Positions 1 to 9,468 of a stretch of DNA of 34,684 nt are shown one piece after another. A model generated the notes under the pieces. It saw only the letters and a list, made by a program, of their open reading frames with translations, ran no database searches and was not told where the DNA came from. This stretch comes from an uncultured Sphingomonadaceae bacterium (GTDB taxonomy: Bacteria > Pseudomonadota > Alphaproteobacteria > Sphingomonadales > Sphingomonadaceae). The stretch covers positions 1 through 34,684 of the forward strand of contig CAXUGZ010000001.1 of the NCBI GenBank assembly GCA_964250685.1, in the 5' to 3' direction. Position numbers and translations under genes: made by a program. Every line of letters starts with the position of its first letter. Position 1 is the first letter of the stretch.

Positions 1-888
1 CGCATCGTGCGCTGGTTCGGCGGCGCGATCGAGGCGGTGGTCGGCATCAGCAAGGTGGAATCGCTCTGCGCGGCGGCGAACGTGTTCGTCGGCCAGTCCG
101 AATCGCCGCTGGTGATCCGGCCGTATCTCGCGGCGCTGCGGCCGGCGCAGCTCTTCCAGGTGATGACCAGCGGCATGGCGGGCGTCGCCGGCACGATCCT
201 GGCGGCCTATGCGTCGATGGGGATCCGCATCGAATATCTGCTGGCGGCAAGCTTCATGTCGGCGCCGGGCGCGATCCTGATGGCCAAGACGATCATGCCC
301 GACGATCCGGCGCACCTCGACCTGCCGATCAGCGAGATGGTCGACACCAGCCACGCCGACGCGGACGAGCGCCCCGCCAACGTCATCATGGCCGCCGCGC
401 AGGGCGCGCAGCTCGGCGTCAGGCTGGCGGTGATGGTCGGCGCGATGGTGTTCGCGTTCGTCGGGCTGGTGGCGCTGGCGAACGGCATCCTCGCGGGCAT
501 CGGCCACTGGTTCGGCGTCGCGAACCTCAGCTTCCAGAGCCTGCTCGGCCTCGTGTTCGCGCCGGTGATGTACCTGCTGAGCGTGCCGTGGGCGCAGGCG
601 GGAATCGCGGGGGGGCTGTTCGGCGAGAAGATCGTGCTCAACGAGTTCGTCGCCTACATCCATCTCGGCAAGCTCGGCCCCGCACTCGATCCGCACGCGC
701 AGGCGGTGGTGACGTTCGCGCTGTGCGGCTTCGCCAATTTCAGCTCGATCGCGATCCAGATGGCGGTCACCGGCGGCCTCGCCCCCAACCAGCGCCCGGT
801 GATCGCGCGGCTGGGGCTGAAGGCGCTGCTCGCGGGCAGCCTCGCCAACCTGATGTCCGCGGCGCTGGCGGGCATGCTGATCGGGTAG
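1..888 (+). CDS. NupC/NupG-family (CNT) nucleoside transporter, 5'-truncated by window edge
   Basis: CNT motifs ANVFVGQSE, EKIVLNEFVAY and ALCGFANFSSIAI; hydrophobic; frame open from the window start. Confidence 0.9.
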   Translation, partial: RIVRWFGGAIEAVVGISKVESLCAAANVFVGQSESPLVIRPYLAALRPAQLFQVMTSGMAGVAGTILAAYASMGIRIEYLLAASFMSAPGAILMAKTIMPDDPAHLDLPISEMVDTSHADADERPANVIMAAAQGAQLGVRLAVMVGAMVFAFVGLVALANGILAGIGHWFGVANLSFQSLLGLVFAPVMYLLSVPWAQAGIAGGLFGEKIVLNEFVAYIHLGKLGPALDPHAQAVVTFALCGFANFSSIAIQMAVTGGLAPNQRPVIARLGLKALLAGSLANLMSAALAGMLIG

Positions 889-891
889 CGC

Positions 892-1854
892 CTACCCCTT
901 GAACCAGCGGGCGAAGGCGAACCAGCCGGTGATCGCGGCGGCGACGACGACGCACGTCGCGCATACCGCGGCGAACGCCCATGGCGCGTGCGCGAACGGA
1001 ATGCCGTCGACGTTCATGCCGAGCAGCCCGGTGACGAAGGTCAGCGGCAGGAAGATCAGCGCCACCACCGAAAGCTGGAGCGCGCGGTTCTCGATCTGCT
1101 CGGAGCGCAGGTCGGTGAGCTGCTCGTGGATCAGCGCCGAGCGCTCGCGCACCGCCTCCAGCTCCTCGGTCATGCGCGCGAAGCGATCAGCCGCCTCGCG
1201 CAGGTGGAGGCGGTCGTCCTCCTCCAGCCATGCCGCGTCGAGTTCGGCCAGGCGGGTGAGCGCCGCGCGCTGCGGGGCGACGAAGCGGCGATAGGCGATC
1301 GCGTCCGAGCGCGCGGCGGCGATGCGGCGGCGCGTCTCGAACGCGCGATTCGCGTCGAGCGCCGCCTCGCAATCGTCGACCAGATCGCCGAGATCGCTGA
1401 TGATCGGATCGAGCCGCCGCGTGATCTCGACCGCGAGCTGCGAGATGAGGTCGCCCGGGTCGGCGATCGTGCCCGCCTCCATCCTGGCCTTGAGCTCGTC
1501 GAGTCCGGCGAGCGCGCGGAACGCGACCGAGACCGCGCGTCCCTGCTCGACCCAGGCGCGGATCGAGACCAGCCGGTCGTCCGCGGCCTCGCCCTCGGCC
1601 GGGCCGCGCAGATTGATCAGCGCGCCTTCGCCGATCGCGTCGCTGCGCGGGCGCGTCTCGGTGGCGGTGAGCGCGTAGACCACGGTCGTGGGCAGCCCGC
1701 CATGCTGCTTGAGCCAGTCGAGCGTTTCCTGCTCGCGCCCGTCAAGGTGGATCCACACGAAGCGCGCGGGCGTGGCGCGCTGCGCGCATGCCGCGATCGG
1801 GTCGACCGCATGGCCCTTGCCGTCGGCCATGAGTTCGATCGCGAAGCGGTTCAC
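892..1854 (-). CDS. CorA/ZntB-family divalent cation transporter
   Basis: WIHLD, ETRPR and C-terminal FLPLTFVTGLLGMNV (GMN) with two TM helices. GTG start at 1854 overlaps the upstream TGA (GTGA). Confidence 0.88.
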   Translation of the reverse strand: MNRFAIELMADGKGHAVDPIAACAQRATPARFVWIHLDGREQETLDWLKQHGGLPTTVVYALTATETRPRSDAIGEGALINLRGPAEGEAADDRLVSIRAWVEQGRAVSVAFRALAGLDELKARMEAGTIADPGDLISQLAVEITRRLDPIISDLGDLVDDCEAALDANRAFETRRRIAAARSDAIAYRRFVAPQRAALTRLAELDAAWLEEDDRLHLREAADRFARMTEELEAVRERSALIHEQLTDLRSEQIENRALQLSVVALIFLPLTFVTGLLGMNVDGIPFAHAPWAFAAVCATCVVVAAAITGWFAFARWFKG

Positions 1855-2612
1855 CGCGCCATCCAGACCAGCTCCAGCGACAGTCCCGGCGCGAGCGAGG
1901 CAGGCGGCGCGCCAACGATCCTCACCGCGTCGGCGCGCGCGCGATCGAGCACGGCGGCGGGCATGTCGCCCGCATGATACAGCCGATCCGCCATGCCGAG
2001 CAGGCGCGCGGCGCGCAGCGTCAGCTCGTCCGGATCGGGGGAGGTGATCGCCACGCGTTCGATCCGGTCGGTCGCCGCGCGCGCGTCGCGGATCGTCGCG
2101 GCGGGGTCGTGATGGTCCGCCAGCGGATCGAGCGCGCCGCCGGGCGCGAGCAGCCCGGCGATCGCGCGGCGGCGATCGTCCAGCTCGGGGAAACGCGCGC
2201 GCAACCAGCCGCGCGCATCGTGCAGCGCCTGCGCGACGTGCCCGAGCCCTTGGGGCAAGAGCGTCTCCAGCCGCTGGCGCAGCGCCGCCGCCAGCCCCGC
2301 CGAGACCCCGCCGGTGCCGATCGCCACCACCACCGGCCCGCGCTCGACGATCGCGGGCAGCGTGAAGTCGCACAGATCGAGCCGGTCGACCACGTTGACC
2401 AGCAGCCCGCGCGCCTTGAGCCGCGCCGCCGCGCGCTCGGCCGCTGCGGGCTCGAGGATCGCGACCACCGCCAGCGCGGCCCCGGCCTCCTCGCCCACGA
2501 TCACCGCGCCCGCGCGCGCGAGCAGCCGCGCCTTGGCATCGGCCGCATAGCCCTCGCCCAGCAGCATCACGGGCCGCCCTTCCAGCCGCATGAAGATGGG
2601 GAGGCTCAGCAT
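1851..2612 (-). CDS. Precorrin-2 dehydrogenase/sirohydrochlorin ferrochelatase (CysG N-terminal-like) with truncated methyltransferase-like tail
   Basis: [42 protein letters not shown]; tail [19 protein letters not shown] resembles the start of the CysG methyltransferase domain. Confidence 0.85.
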   Translation of the reverse strand: [253 protein letters not shown]

Positions 2613-2654
2613 CTTTGGCTACAGGACCTGTTCCGCCGGTTGGAACCAAGGACA

Positions 2655-2726
2655 CCGTTCGTCCCGAGCGACGTCGAGGGACGTGCCGCACACGCAACGT
2701 GTCTCGACTTCGCTCGACACGAACGG
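2655..2726. repeat. Palindromic intergenic REP-like element
   Basis: Left arm CCGTTCGTCCCGAGCGACGTCGAGGGACGT versus reverse complement of right arm CCGTTCGTGTCGAGCGAAGTCGAGACACGT (25/30 identical). Confidence 0.8.
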
Positions 2727-2752
2727 TCTGGGAATGACGGGATCATCTGGAC

Positions 2753-3625
2753 TCAGAGTCCCGCGATGAACTCGCGGATCGGCCCCTTGAGGTCGTCGCG
2801 TTCCAGCGCGAGCGCGATGTTGGCCTGGATGAAGCCCGCTTTGTCGCCGCAATCGTGGCGCGCGCCGTCGAACACCTGCGCGTGGAACGGCTGCGTGCCG
2901 ATCAGCTTGGCCATCGCGTCGGTGAGCTGGATCTCGCCGCCCGCGCCGATCTCGCGCGCCGAGAGGATGTCCATCACCTGCGGCTGGAGGATGTAGCGGC
3001 CCACCACCGCCAGCCGCGACGGCGCGGTGCCCGCGCGCGGCTTCTCGACCAGCGCCTTGATCTCGGCGACCGCGCCGTCGATCGCGCCGGGGCTGACGAT
3101 GCCGTAGCGGTGGGTGTGCTGCTCGGGCACCTCCATCGCCATCACGACGTTGCCGCCGTGCCGCTCATAGGTGTCGCACATCTGCTTGAGCGCGGGATAG
3201 GCCGGGTTCCACAGCAATTCGTCCGCGAGCAGCACCGCGAACGGCTCGTCCCCCACCAGATGGCGCGCGCACCATACCGCGTGGCCGAGCCCCGCCATCT
3301 CCTGCTGGCGCACGAACGCCGCCTGGCCCGGCGCCAGCCGCGTCTTGGCGAGCGCATCGAGCAGGTCGAACTTGGCCTTGCCGTGCAGATCGTCCTCGAC
3401 CTCGAACGCGCGATCGAAATAATCCTCGATCGCGTGCTTGGAGCGGCCGGTGACGAAGATCATCTGCTCGATCCCGGCGGCCAGCGCCTCGTCGACCGCA
3501 TATTGGATCAGCGGCCGGTCGACCACGGGCAGCAGCTCCTTGGGCACCGACTTGGTGGCGGGCAGGAAGCGCGTGCCGAAGCCCGCCACCGGGAACACCG
3601 CCTTGCGTACCGGCTTGAACGTCAT
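2753..3625 (-). CDS. galU: UTP--glucose-1-phosphate uridylyltransferase
   Basis: KAVFPVAGFGTRFLPATK, GLGHAVWCA, GEIQLTDA; ATG at 3625 overlaps the lysA stop (ATGA). Confidence 0.95.
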   Translation of the reverse strand: MTFKPVRKAVFPVAGFGTRFLPATKSVPKELLPVVDRPLIQYAVDEALAAGIEQMIFVTGRSKHAIEDYFDRAFEVEDDLHGKAKFDLLDALAKTRLAPGQAAFVRQQEMAGLGHAVWCARHLVGDEPFAVLLADELLWNPAYPALKQMCDTYERHGGNVVMAMEVPEQHTHRYGIVSPGAIDGAVAEIKALVEKPRAGTAPSRLAVVGRYILQPQVMDILSAREIGAGGEIQLTDAMAKLIGTQPFHAQVFDGARHDCGDKAGFIQANIALALERDDLKGPIREFIAGL

Positions 3626-4893
3626 CTGCGCTCCTCGATCCAGGGGGGAAGGTGGTCGGCGGCGATCAGCGCCTCGATCGGCTGGCGCGCGCGCGCCACC
3701 GCCCATGCGCCCCCGCGCACGATCACCTCGGGGGTGAGCCCGCGCGAATTGTACGTGCTCGCCATGGTCGCGCCATAGGCGCCGGCGGTTAGGAAGGCGA
3801 TAAGATCGCCCTCCTCGACCGCGTCCATTTCGCGCGCGCGCGCGAAGGTGTCGCCGGTCTCGCAGATCGGGCCGACGATGTTGGCGACGAAGCGGGCCCC
3901 GCGCGGCTTTACCGCGCGGATGCCGTGCCAGGCATCGTACAGGCTCGGGCGCAGCAGATCGTTCATGCCCGCATCCAGGACGACGAAGGGGTGCTCCGCC
4001 CCGTCCTTGACGCGCACCACGCGCGCGAGCAGCACGCCGGCATTGCCGACGATCACGCGCCCGGGCTCGAAGATCAGCCGCACGTCCCACCCGGCGGTGA
4101 CCGCGCGCACCATCGCGCCGTAATCGGCCGGGCTCGGCGGGACGGGCAAGGCGGGATCGTAGGGCACGCCGAGCCCACCGCCGAGATCGGCGGTGGCGAT
4201 CGTGTGACCCTCCCGGCGGAGCGCCGCGATCAGTGTGCCGATCCGCTCGAATGCCCTGCGGCTGGGGCCGAGATCGGTGAGCTGGCTGCCGATATGGACC
4301 GCGATCCCGGTCACCGCCAACCCCGGATAGGCGGCGGCCTGGCGATAGGCGTCGAGCGCGCGATCATAGGCCACGCCGAACTTGTCGTCGGCGCGGCCCG
4401 TCGAGATCTTGGAATGCGTGCCGGCATCGACATTGGGATTGATGCGGAAGGCCACGCGCGCGACCGCCCCGCGCGCCGCCGCGACCGCGGACAGCGTCCC
4501 CGCCTCGGGCACCGATTCGAGGTTGAACTGGCCGATGCCCTCGTCGAGCGCGCGCGCCATCTCCTCGGCGGTCTTGCCGACCCCCGAGAAGACGATCTTC
4601 TCCGCCGGCACCCCCGCCGCGCGCGCGCGCAGCAGCTCGCCGATCGAGACGACGTCGGCGCCGAGCCCCAGCGCGGCGAGCGTCGCCAGCACCGCGCGAT
4701 TGGGATTGGCCTTGACCGCGAACGCGATCAGCGGATCGCCCAGCCCCGCGAGCGCCTCGCGGAACACGCGCGCATGGCGCTCGATCGTCGCGGTCGAATA
4801 GACGTAGACGGGTGTGCCGACCGCCTCGGCGATCGCGGGGAGGGGCACGTCCTCGGCATGGAGCACGCCGCCGCGCAGATCGAAATGGTCCAT
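3622..4893 (-). CDS. lysA: Diaminopimelate decarboxylase
   Basis: FAVKAN (PLP lysine), HIGSQ, DLGGGLG, EPGR, GPICETGD, GAYG. Confidence 0.96.
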   Translation of the reverse strand: MDHFDLRGGVLHAEDVPLPAIAEAVGTPVYVYSTATIERHARVFREALAGLGDPLIAFAVKANPNRAVLATLAALGLGADVVSIGELLRARAAGVPAEKIVFSGVGKTAEEMARALDEGIGQFNLESVPEAGTLSAVAAARGAVARVAFRINPNVDAGTHSKISTGRADDKFGVAYDRALDAYRQAAAYPGLAVTGIAVHIGSQLTDLGPSRRAFERIGTLIAALRREGHTIATADLGGGLGVPYDPALPVPPSPADYGAMVRAVTAGWDVRLIFEPGRVIVGNAGVLLARVVRVKDGAEHPFVVLDAGMNDLLRPSLYDAWHGIRAVKPRGARFVANIVGPICETGDTFARAREMDAVEEGDLIAFLTAGAYGATMASTYNSRGLTPEVIVRGGAWAVARARQPIEALIAADHLPPWIEERR

Positions 4894-4900
4894 CGGCCCC

Positions 4901-5140
4901 TCAGCGCGGCGGCAGATCGAAGCGGTCGTCGCGGCGCGGCTGCGACTTGGTCAGCAGCTCGTCGCTGCGGCTGGGGCGCGCGGTCGGGGTCGGCACGAGC
5001 AGGTCGTCGGCGGTCGGCGCAGCGGGCGAGGTCGCAGCCTTGACCGGCAGCGACTTGCCCCGCGCGGGCGTCAGGCCCTGCTGCTCGCCGCATCCCGCCA
5101 GCAGCAAAGCCGCCGCGGCCGCACCCGCCACGCGCCTCAT
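4901..5140 (-). CDS. Small lipoprotein (LptM/YifL-like by position between argH and lysA)
   Basis: Lipobox LLLAGC followed by G-x-Q-x-x-L-x-P; ATGA overlap with the argH stop. Confidence 0.7.
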   Translation of the reverse strand: MRRVAGAAAAALLLAGCGEQQGLTPARGKSLPVKAATSPAAPTADDLLVPTPTARPSRSDELLTKSQPRRDDRFDLPPR

Positions 5141-6504
5141 CCCAGCGCCGCCTGCGCCTGCGCGACGCGTGTGCGCACCTGATCGGGCGCGGTGCCGCCA
5201 TGGCTGGCGCGGCTCGCGACCGAGGCGTCGACCGACAGCGCGCCGTAGACGCGCTCGTCGATGCGCGGATCGATCGCGCGCAGCGCCTCCAGCGGGAGTT
5301 CGGCCAGCGTCGCGCCTTCGCTCTCCGCCAGCCGCACCACGCGGCCGGTGATATGGTGCGCCTCGCGGAACGGCACCCCGGCCGCGCGCACCAGCCAGTC
5401 AGCGAGGTCGGTCGCGGTCGAGAAGCCCGCCTCCGCCGCCGCGCGCATCCGCTCGGCCACGAAGCGCGTCGTCGCGACCATCCCCGTCATCGCCGCGAGC
5501 GACAGCGCGAGCAGGTCGTGCGCCTCGAACACGGGCGGCTTGTCGTCCTGCATGTCCTTCGAATAAGCGAGCGGCAGCCCCTTCATCGTTATCACCAGAG
5601 CGGTCATGCACCCCGCGATGCGCCCCGAATGGCCGCGCACCAGTTCGGCCGCGTCGGGATTGCGCTTCTGCGGCATGATCGACGAGCCGGTCGAAAAGGC
5701 GTCGGGCAGCGCCACGAAGCCGTAGGGCTGGCTCGCCCAGATCACGAACTCCTCTGCCATGCGCGACAGGTGCAGCGCGCATTGCGTGGCGCTCATCAGG
5801 TAATCGAGCGCGAAGTCGCGATCGGACACGGCGTCGAGCGAGTTGTCGCTCGGCCGATCGAAGCCGAGCGCGCGCGCGGTCGCGTCGCGATCGATCGGGA
5901 AGCCCGTGCCCGCGAGCGCCGCCGATCCCAGCGGGCAGACGTTGAGACGCGCGCGCGCGTCGGCGAAGCGTGAGCGATCGCGCGCGATCATTTCGTGCCA
6001 CGCCATCAGATGGTGGCCGAGCGTCACCGGCTGCGCCACCTGGAGGTGGGTGAAGCCCGGCATGATCGTCGCGGCATGCTCGCCCGCGCGCGCGATCAGG
6101 GCCGCCTGCAGCGCCGTGAGACCCTGTTCGACCGCATCGATCGCGTCGCGCACCCACAGGCGGAAGTCGGTCGCGACCTGGTCGTTGCGCGAGCGCGCGG
6201 TGTGGAGGCGCCCGGCGGCCGGCCCGATCAGCTCGGCGAGCCGGCTCTCGACGCTCATGTGGATGTCCTCGAGCGCGGGATCGTCGGGCGGACCGTGCGC
6301 GGCATAGTCCTCCGCGATTTGCGCGAGGCCGGCGTCGATCGCCGCCGCATCGGCGGGATCGACGATGCCCTGCGCGCCCAGCATCGCGGCATGCGCGCGG
6401 CTGCCCGCAATGTCCTGGCGCCACAAACGCCGGTCGAACGGGATCGAGGCGTTGATTTCGCGCATGATCGCGCTAGGCCCCTCGGCGAAGCGTCCGCCCC
6501 ACAT
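5137..6504 (-). CDS. argH: Argininosuccinate lyase
   Basis: [39 protein letters not shown]. Alternative start at 6522. Confidence 0.96.
   Translation of the reverse strand: MWGGRFAEGPSAIMREINASIPFDRRLWRQDIAGSRAHAAMLGAQGIVDPADAAAIDAGLAQIAEDYAAHGPPDDPALEDIHMSVESRLAELIGPAAGRLHTARSRNDQVATDFRLWVRDAIDAVEQGLTALQAALIARAGEHAATIMPGFTHLQVAQPVTLGHHLMAWHEMIARDRSRFADARARLNVCPLGSAALAGTGFPIDRDATARALGFDRPSDNSLDAVSDRDFALDYLMSATQCALHLSRMAEEFVIWASQPYGFVALPDAFSTGSSIMPQKRNPDAAELVRGHSGRIAGCMTALVITMKGLPLAYSKDMQDDKPPVFEAHDLLALSLAAMTGMVATTRFVAERMRAAAEAGFSTATDLADWLVRAAGVPFREAHHITGRVVRLAESEGATLAELPLEALRAIDPRIDERVYGALSVDASVASRASHGGTAPDQVRTRVAQAQAALG
6452..6479 (+). promoter_or_regulatory. Putative sigma70 promoter for tlpA inside the argH coding region
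   Basis: TTGATT-N16-TAGGCC, about 40 nt upstream of ATG 6521. Confidence 0.45.
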
Positions 6505-6520
6505 CGCATTGGAGTCCGAC

Positions 6521-7093
6521 ATGCGGCGATTTGCCCTGCTGTGCGTGCCGCTGCTGGCGGCGGCCGGCGGCTGCCATAGGCAAGCGGCCCCCGAGCCGCA
6601 AGCGTCAGCCCCCGCCGGGGCGGAGGCGCCGGCTGCGCCTACCGCCGCCGGCACGGTCGACACCGCGCAGAAGGGCCGGGCGCTGCCGACGATGCCTTTG
6701 CTCGGCGCCGCCGACGCGCCCGCCAGGCTGTCCGACCTCAAGGGCAAGCCCGTGCTCGTCAATCTGTGGGCGACATGGTGCGGCCCGTGCGTCAAGGAGC
6801 TGCCCACGCTCGACGCGCTCGCGGCGAGCCGGGCGGGCACGCTCGCGGTGGTCGCGGTGAGCGAGGACATGGAGGGCCGGCGCGTGGTCGCCCCGTTCAT
6901 GCAGAAGCACGGCTTCACGACGCTCAAGCCGTGGCTCGACACCTCCAACGCGCTGCTCCTCCAGCTCAAGGAAAGCGGCCTGCCGGTGACGATCCTCTAC
7001 GGCGCCGACGGCAAGGAACTGTGGCGCGTGCATGGCGACCTCGACTGGACCGGGCCCAAGGCCAAGGCGCTGCTGGCGCAGGCGGGCGCCTGA
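6521..7093 (+). CDS. tlpA: TlpA-family thiol-disulfide oxidoreductase (lipoprotein-like N-terminus)
   Basis: [18 protein letters not shown] thioredoxin motif, GLPVT cis-Pro loop, N-terminal hydrophobic segment ending AGGC. Confidence 0.9.
   Translation: MRRFALLCVPLLAAAGGCHRQAAPEPQASAPAGAEAPAAPTAAGTVDTAQKGRALPTMPLLGAADAPARLSDLKGKPVLVNLWATWCGPCVKELPTLDALAASRAGTLAVVAVSEDMEGRRVVAPFMQKHGFTTLKPWLDTSNALLLQLKESGLPVTILYGADGKELWRVHGDLDWTGPKAKALLAQAGA
6573..6601 (-). promoter_or_regulatory. Putative sigma70 promoter for argH inside the tlpA coding region
   Basis: TTGCGG-N17-TATGGC on the minus strand, coinciding with AT-rich codons (CAT AGG CAA) in tlpA. Confidence 0.45.
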
Positions 7094-7947
7094 ACGCCCC
7101 AGCTGGCAAGGAGCCGGGTGAGCGCCGCCAGCGATCGCGCCGCCACGGCCTCGCCCTCGGTCGCCAGCAGGTCGCAGAAGCGATCGATGCGATACGCGAC
7201 ATAGGCTCGTCGCGATCGCTCGCGAAGGTCATGGTCCGCGCCCGCGCCATAAGCGGCGGCGACGCGCGCGACCGCCTCCGGACCATAGGCCCAGAAGCCC
7301 AGCAGGTCGCGGGCGGGATCGCCGAGCGCGACGTCGCCAAAGTCGATGATGCCGGCCAGCCTCTGCCGATCGGGCGCGAGCAGGAGGTGATCGTCGACCA
7401 GATCGCCGTGCAGCACCACCCGAGGGCCGCCCAGGTCGGCGGCATAATCCTCGTAGAAGGCGCAGAGCGGACCGGCCAGGCGCGGGAAGGCCGCGGCGAT
7501 GCTCGGCAGATGGTGCGTGCGCGCGTGCGCCGCATGCTCCGCCGCCGTCGGCGCCAGCGGCCATCGTTCGATCGCGGGAACGTCACCTGGCGCGAGGCCG
7601 TGCAGCACCGCCAGGAAGCGCCCCGCCTGATCGAGCACATCATGCCGGACGCGCGCATCGAGCCGGGCGAACAGGCGGGGCGTGAGTTCGTCCCCAGCGA
7701 TCAGGCGATAGCCCGCGAAGCGGCCCGCGGGGTCCACGAACAGGTAATCGGGAACGGCCGTCTCGCAGCGCCCCCGAAGTGCCGCCAGCAACGCGATCTC
7801 CACGCCGAGGTGGTGCGTCGCCCTGCGCGGGAAGCGGAAGGCGTAGGTCGCGTCGAGCAGCAGGACGCGATGATCCCCGCCGCGCTCCTCGACCGTCACG
7901 CTGGAGAAGCGAAGCTCGGGAAACGCCGATCGCACCTCCTCCGCCAA
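6997..7947 (-). CDS. Aminoglycoside/macrolide phosphotransferase-like kinase (APH family)
   Basis: YAFRFPR, HGDLVDDHLLL, GIIDFGD, GDPARDL. Start uncertain (TTG 7947 used); 3' end overlaps tlpA by 97 nt. Confidence 0.8.
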   Translation of the reverse strand: MAEEVRSAFPELRFSSVTVEERGGDHRVLLLDATYAFRFPRRATHHLGVEIALLAALRGRCETAVPDYLFVDPAGRFAGYRLIAGDELTPRLFARLDARVRHDVLDQAGRFLAVLHGLAPGDVPAIERWPLAPTAAEHAAHARTHHLPSIAAAFPRLAGPLCAFYEDYAADLGGPRVVLHGDLVDDHLLLAPDRQRLAGIIDFGDVALGDPARDLLGFWAYGPEAVARVAAAYGAGADHDLRERSRRAYVAYRIDRFCDLLATEGEAVAARSLAALTRLLASWGVQAPACASSALALGPVQSRSPCTRHSSLPSAP

Positions 7948-8003
7948 TCGCTGCGCGGTCCGTGCCGCGCGGGCCTTGCGGCTCGCGCGGCACGGTGCGG
8001 CGT

Positions 8004-8822
8004 TCAGCGCCGATCGCCCTTCGCGTCGGCGGTGCCGGGATCGCGGTCGATCTCGACGTCGGTGCGGCGCACCGAGTCGTCGATCTGCTCGACGCGCTCG
8101 CCCACGCTTTTCGAGACGACCACCTCCTCGACCACGCGCGCGGTCTTGCCGACCACCGCTTCCTCGCCGGTCGCGGTCACGTCGATCGTGCGCTCGCGGA
8201 ACGCATCGTCCGCGTCGGTCAAGGGTCGATCGGCCGCGCGGCGCGCAACCTCGATCTTCTCGTCGCGCAGGCGGACCTGCTCGTGGACGGGCACCTCGGT
8301 CACATAGGAGCGCACGCGCGCGCCGCCACGAGAAACCTCGCGCTTGCCGACCACCAGCTCCTCCTCGACGATCGGGATCACCTGCTCGCCGCCGGTGTCG
8401 GTCGCCTTGGGGGTGCTGCCGGTCACGCCGTAGCCCGCGCCGCCGGCCTTGGCTGCATCGTAATCCCAGCCAGCCGAGCGCCATTGGCTGGCGCGATCGT
8501 CGATGTCGACCGTGTTGGCCTGCTCGAGCACCTTCACCGCATCGTCGACATTGCCGTCATCGACGTCGGCGGTGAGCAGGAAGCCGCCGCGGCGCACGCC
8601 TTCCTCATAGGTGTGGCGGTCCTCGTCGGGGAGGAAGGCATGCTTGATCGAGCCCCACATGCCGGGCTCCTTCGCGGTCGAATAGCCGGTGTCCTTGTAG
8701 CCCGCGCTCGACTTGTCGTGGATCGAGATGTGGCCGGCGTTGACGCTCGACTGCTTCAGGCGCTCCTTCGCGGCGTCAGCATCGGCACGCGTGTCGAACA
8801 GGGCGGTGATGGTCTGGGTCAT
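8004..8822 (-). CDS. YsnF/AvaK (DUF2382) domain stress protein
   Basis: TITALFDTRADA N-terminus, EDRHTYEEGVRRGGFLL, IPIVEEELVVGKREV, EEAVVGKTARVVEEVVVSK; SD GAAGGAG upstream. Confidence 0.85.
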   Translation of the reverse strand: MTQTITALFDTRADADAAKERLKQSSVNAGHISIHDKSSAGYKDTGYSTAKEPGMWGSIKHAFLPDEDRHTYEEGVRRGGFLLTADVDDGNVDDAVKVLEQANTVDIDDRASQWRSAGWDYDAAKAGGAGYGVTGSTPKATDTGGEQVIPIVEEELVVGKREVSRGGARVRSYVTEVPVHEQVRLRDEKIEVARRAADRPLTDADDAFRERTIDVTATGEEAVVGKTARVVEEVVVSKSVGERVEQIDDSVRRTDVEIDRDPGTADAKGDRR

Positions 8823-8856
8823 GGAACGTCTCCTTCGCAAAATGGTGGTGGTGGAT

Positions 8857-9468
8857 TTACCTGGACGTGACGACGAGTTCGGTGCGGCGGTTCTCGAACT
8901 GGCCGGCCGCGGTCGCGTTGGTGGCGAGCGGGTCGCCCGCGCCGCCGGAAGCGGTGTCGATGCGCCCGGCGTCGATGCCCTGCGCGACGAGCGCCGCCTT
9001 GACGCTGTCGGCACGCGCCTTGCCCAGCGCGACATTGGCGGCGTCGTCGCCGCGCGCGTCGGCATAGCCGGCGATGCGGATGCGCGTCGTCGGATATTGC
9101 TTGAGCGTCGCCGCGATCGCGCCGATCTCGGCTTCATCGGCGGCGCGGATGTCGCTCTTGTTGGTGTCGAAGTTGAGCTTCTCGAACGTGAACGTGCGCG
9201 GCGCGGCATCGGTGCCGGCAAGGTAGCTGCCGAGGCCCGAGGTGTTGGCGAGCATGGTCGAGCTGCCCGCCGTCGGCGTCGCCGCAACCACCTCGCCCGC
9301 AGGCGCGGCGGCGACCACCGCCGTGTCGCGATAGCGATGGAGGAAGAAGGCGAGCAGCAAAGCGAGCAGGCCGAGCAGCAGCAGCAGCCATGCCAGCCAA
9401 TTGGTCTTCTTCTGCTCGATATGGATGTGGCGCGGTGGTGCGCCATCGGTGTTCTTCATGTCGGCCAT
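8857..9468 (-). CDS. Membrane-anchored OmpA-like (peptidoglycan-binding) domain protein
   Basis: N-terminal TM helix (WLAWLLLLLGLLALLLAFF); LNFDTNKS, IAGYADARG, NVALGKARADSV, NRRTEL. Confidence 0.88.
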   Translation of the reverse strand: MADMKNTDGAPPRHIHIEQKKTNWLAWLLLLLGLLALLLAFFLHRYRDTAVVAAAPAGEVVAATPTAGSSTMLANTSGLGSYLAGTDAAPRTFTFEKLNFDTNKSDIRAADEAEIGAIAATLKQYPTTRIRIAGYADARGDDAANVALGKARADSVKAALVAQGIDAGRIDTASGGAGDPLATNATAAGQFENRRTELVVTSR

